Source: Mobula hypostoma | Lineage: Eukaryota | Length of the DNA stretch: 64,000 nt | Reading direction: 5' to 3' | Assembly (NCBI RefSeq): GCF_963921235.1 | Contig: NC_086107.1 | Coordinates: 110,610,001-110,674,000 of the forward strand | Shown here: positions 61,219 through 64,000 of the stretch, one piece after another | How the letters are laid out: each line of letters starts with the position of its first letter | Numbering within the stretch: position 1 is the first letter of the stretch | Made by a program: the position numbers and the translations under genes | Notes under the pieces: generated by a model | Databases searched by the model: none | Seen by the model: the letters and a program-made list of their open reading frames with translations, nothing else | Told to the model about the DNA's origin: nothing

Positions 61219-61739
61219 GGTTGATTATCACTGACATACTGTAGCATGTTGTGAAACGTATTTTGTGGCAGCAGAACAGTGCAATGCAAATAAAAATATG
61301 CTATAAATTCCAGAAAGAAATGTAAAATAAATAAATTGTGCAAATAGAGAGCAAAATAGCGAGATAGTGTTCATGGACTCATGGCTATTCAAAAATCTGA
61401 TGGGCAGAGGGAAAAAAGCTGTTTCTAAAACTTTGAATGTGTGTCTTCAGGCTTCTGTACCTCCTCCCTGAAGGTATCAGTGAGAAGAGGGCATGTCCTG
61501 GGTGGTGGGGGTCCTTGATAATGGATGCCGCCTTCCTGAGGCACCGCGTTTTGAAGATTCCCTCATCACTGCCCAGGAAGCAGCCTCGGGACAGGTCCCC
61601 CATGGATTAGCTGAGAAGCAACTTCACTGTGACCTGGAGCGGGCTGTAATAGTTAACCCTGTTCTCCACCTTCACCAAAACTGAATTTCAGATGCTGGAG
61701 TTCCCCGCCACCTCAGGTTTTCCTGGTTTAGCCTAACGG

Positions 61740-62370
61740 TTATAGAACACAGAACATTACCACACAGTACAGGCCCTTCTAACCTTCTTTGATATCAATC
61801 CAACTCTTTCCTCCTACACAGTCCTCCATTTTTGACTATCCATTTATTTATTTAGAGATACAGTGTTGAACAGGCCTCCCCGGCCCACCGAGACCCACCG
61901 CCCAGCATCCCACCTACTTAACCTAGTCTAATCACAGGATAATTTACAATGACCAATTAACCTACTAACTCCAGTGCCTTTGGAATGCGGGAGAAACCCA
62001 CATGGTTACGGGAAGAACGTGCAAACTTCTTGCAGATAGCAACAAAATTGAACTTTGAACTCCGATGGCCCGAGCTGTAATAGTGGTGTGCTAACTGCTT
62101 CACTACAATGGCGCCCCTAATGTATCCGCCTCTACTATCACCCCTGGTGGGGTTCTCCACGCACCTACTCTCAATGTAAAAAGACTTAACTCTGACAACC
62201 CTCCCCCATACTTTCTTCAAATCTCATTGAAATTATGCCCCTTGTATTAGCCTTTTCCAACCCGGGAAAAAATCTCGGGCTGTCCATTCTATCTATGCCC
62301 CATATCACCCTGTGCACCTTTATCTAGTCACCTCTCATCCTCTTTCTCTCCAAAGAGAGAAGCCCTAGCT
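61740..62370 (-). mobile_element. CR1 3' fragment with a nested V-SINE (~61843-62116)
   Basis: KLGLLSLERKRMRGD; SINE core and head in reverse. Confidence 0.8.
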
Positions 62371-62644
62371 TACTATCCGACTTCCACTGCCCCCTGGTCT
62401 GCTGGTTGCTAAGGGAGTTGCGGCCTATTGCCAGAGAGTAAGTGTGGAGGGATGCCAAGTGGCTGTGAAAGGTTTGGTGCTCGGTGCTAGTAAGGCCAGT
62501 GAGAGAATGCGTTTGAACTGTCAGAGAACAAGTACAACGGCAGGTGCTGGAACCACAAGTGAGAGCAGAAACGCTGGAAGAACTCAGCCAGTCGAGCAGC
62601 ATCTGCGGAGGGGTAGCTCAGTCAACGTTTTGGGTCTGCAAGCC

Positions 62645-62910
62645 TTCTCAGAAAGTGCAGCCTCTTGTTGGTGATGGGCCGCTGCTCGGCACTTTCGTGG
62701 CGCAAAGGTGACTTGGTACTTATCAGCCTGTGCCGGAGCATTGTCTTAAGTCTTGGCTCAGGCCAACATGAGCTGCTGCGCTTGCTGAGGGGCTGCGGAC
62801 GGAGCTGAGTGTTCGCAAGCAGCCCCGTTTCTGACCTTATGATGCAGGACAGGTCTTTGATGAAGCAGCGGAAGGCGATTGGGTCAAGAGCACCCATGTG
62901 AGGATACACC
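62645..62910 (-). mobile_element. Old CR1-group RT remnant
   Basis: PHMGALDPIAFRCFIKDLSCIIRSETGLLAN resembles PQGSVLGP..F..FINDL...I.SE...FADD. Confidence 0.65.
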
Positions 62911-62939
62911 ACACTCACTCATGTAAAGATAAAAATAAA

Positions 62940-63430
62940 AATGAGCTTTTTTTTTGTCACACGCACATCAAAGCGTAGTTTGCGTCAAAGACCGACGTAG
63001 TCTGAGGGTGTCTTAGTGTCACCATGCTTCCAACGCCAACTTGGCATGCCCACCTGACCCATACACATTTGGAATGTGGGCGGAGACCCGAACACCTGGA
63101 GTGAACGCAGGCGGTCACATTCAAAACTACAAACTCCTTGCAGGCAGCGTTGGAATTGGCGCCACGGTTAGCACAATCGCTTTACAGCACCAGCAATCAC
63201 CATCTGGGGTTCAATTCCCGTTGCCGTCTGTAAGGAATTTATGCATTCTCCCCGTGACTGTGTTGGTTTTTTTTCCATGTGCTCTGGTTTCCTCCCACAG
63301 TCCAAAGACACACGGCTGGGGTTAGGGTCAGTAAGTTGTTGGTACGCTAAGATGGCATCGGAAGTGTGGCGAGGCTTGTGGCTGCCCCCAACACAATCCT
63401 CGCTGATTTGAATTGACACAAGTGACAGAT
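62940..63430. mobile_element. Two V-domain SINEs in opposite orientation
   Basis: Minus copy ~62940-63158, plus copy ~63158-63430 with the CTCTGGTTTCCTCCCACAGTCCAAAGAC core. Confidence 0.7.
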
Positions 63431-63945
63431 TTCAAAGTTCAAAGTATGTATATCAATCTATCTATATCTATATATCTATGGTATATCTATCTATTTACTG
63501 ATCTATATCTATATTTATCTATCTATCAAAGTACATGCATATCACCACATACAATCCTGAGATTCATTTTTCTGCAGGCATACTCATCAAATCTATGGAA
63601 TAGTAACTATAACAGCATCAATGAAAGATCAACCAGAGTGCAGAAGACAACAAATTGTGCAAATGCAAATATCAATAAAGAGCAATAAATAATGAGAACA
63701 CGAGATAACAAGATAGAGTCCTTAAAGTGAGATCATTGGTTGTGGGAACAGTTCAATGATGGGGCAGGTGAGTGTCGTTATCCCCTTTTGTTTAAGGGCC
63801 TGATGGTTGAGAGGTAGTGACTGTTCTTGACTTGGTGGTGTGAGTCCTGAGGCTCTTGTACCTTCAACCTGATAGCATCAGCGAGAATGGACTGGGTGCT
63901 AAGGATCTCTGATGATGGATGCTGATCTCCTACAACAGCATTTGA
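63430..63945 (-). mobile_element. Rex1-like 3' end
   Basis: TCAAAGTTCAAAGTA tail; CCTGATGGTTGAG...CTGTTCTTGA...GAGGCTCTTGTACC. Confidence 0.75.
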
Positions 63946-64000
63946 AATATCTTTATTGCCATTGCATAGTACAAGTTGTCATGCACCAATACAGCGAAAA

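Noticed and set aside
60978..61343. RMRI-, PHPD- and ILIL-repeat ORFs
   Set aside because: Translation artefacts of a stop-free hexamer microsatellite.
1..64000. Prokaryotic or viral operon, defence system, or endogenous virus
   Set aside because: No long gene-dense ORFs, LTR pairs or gag/pol/env or capsid motifs were recognised; all RT-like fragments are non-LTR retrotransposon remnants. Small host exons could still be missed without RNA or homology data.

Overview
This is vertebrate nuclear DNA, not prokaryotic. The repeat content (CR1, Rex1/Babar, RTE and L2 LINEs, Penelope-like elements, V-domain tRNA-SINEs, Tc1 and Chapaev3-type DNA transposons) points to a cartilaginous fish, probably a ray; this is inferred from repeat style only. 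I recognised no host protein-coding exon. Every interpretable ORF is a transposon remnant or a low-complexity artefact, so the window looks intergenic or intronic, with many nested insertions. The notable structures are: (1) a ~2.9 kb, ~48-copy 61-bp satellite that arose inside a CR1 ORF2 fragment and has a 490-bp 8-monomer higher-order repeat; (2) minimal hammerhead-ribozyme motifs in Penelope-like tails, including tiny TSD-flanked, partly inverted insertions; (3) a ~235-bp inverted duplication with a third diverged copy; (4) a CpG-island-like region near 13.4-14.8 kb; (5) an internally deleted Chapaev3-like transposon and a bipartite Rex1-like element; (6) a tRNA-Ser(AGA) pseudogene. I see no evidence for a novel multi-gene system. 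Repeat boundaries are read by eye and are approximate. Family names come from recalled motifs, not from database searches.
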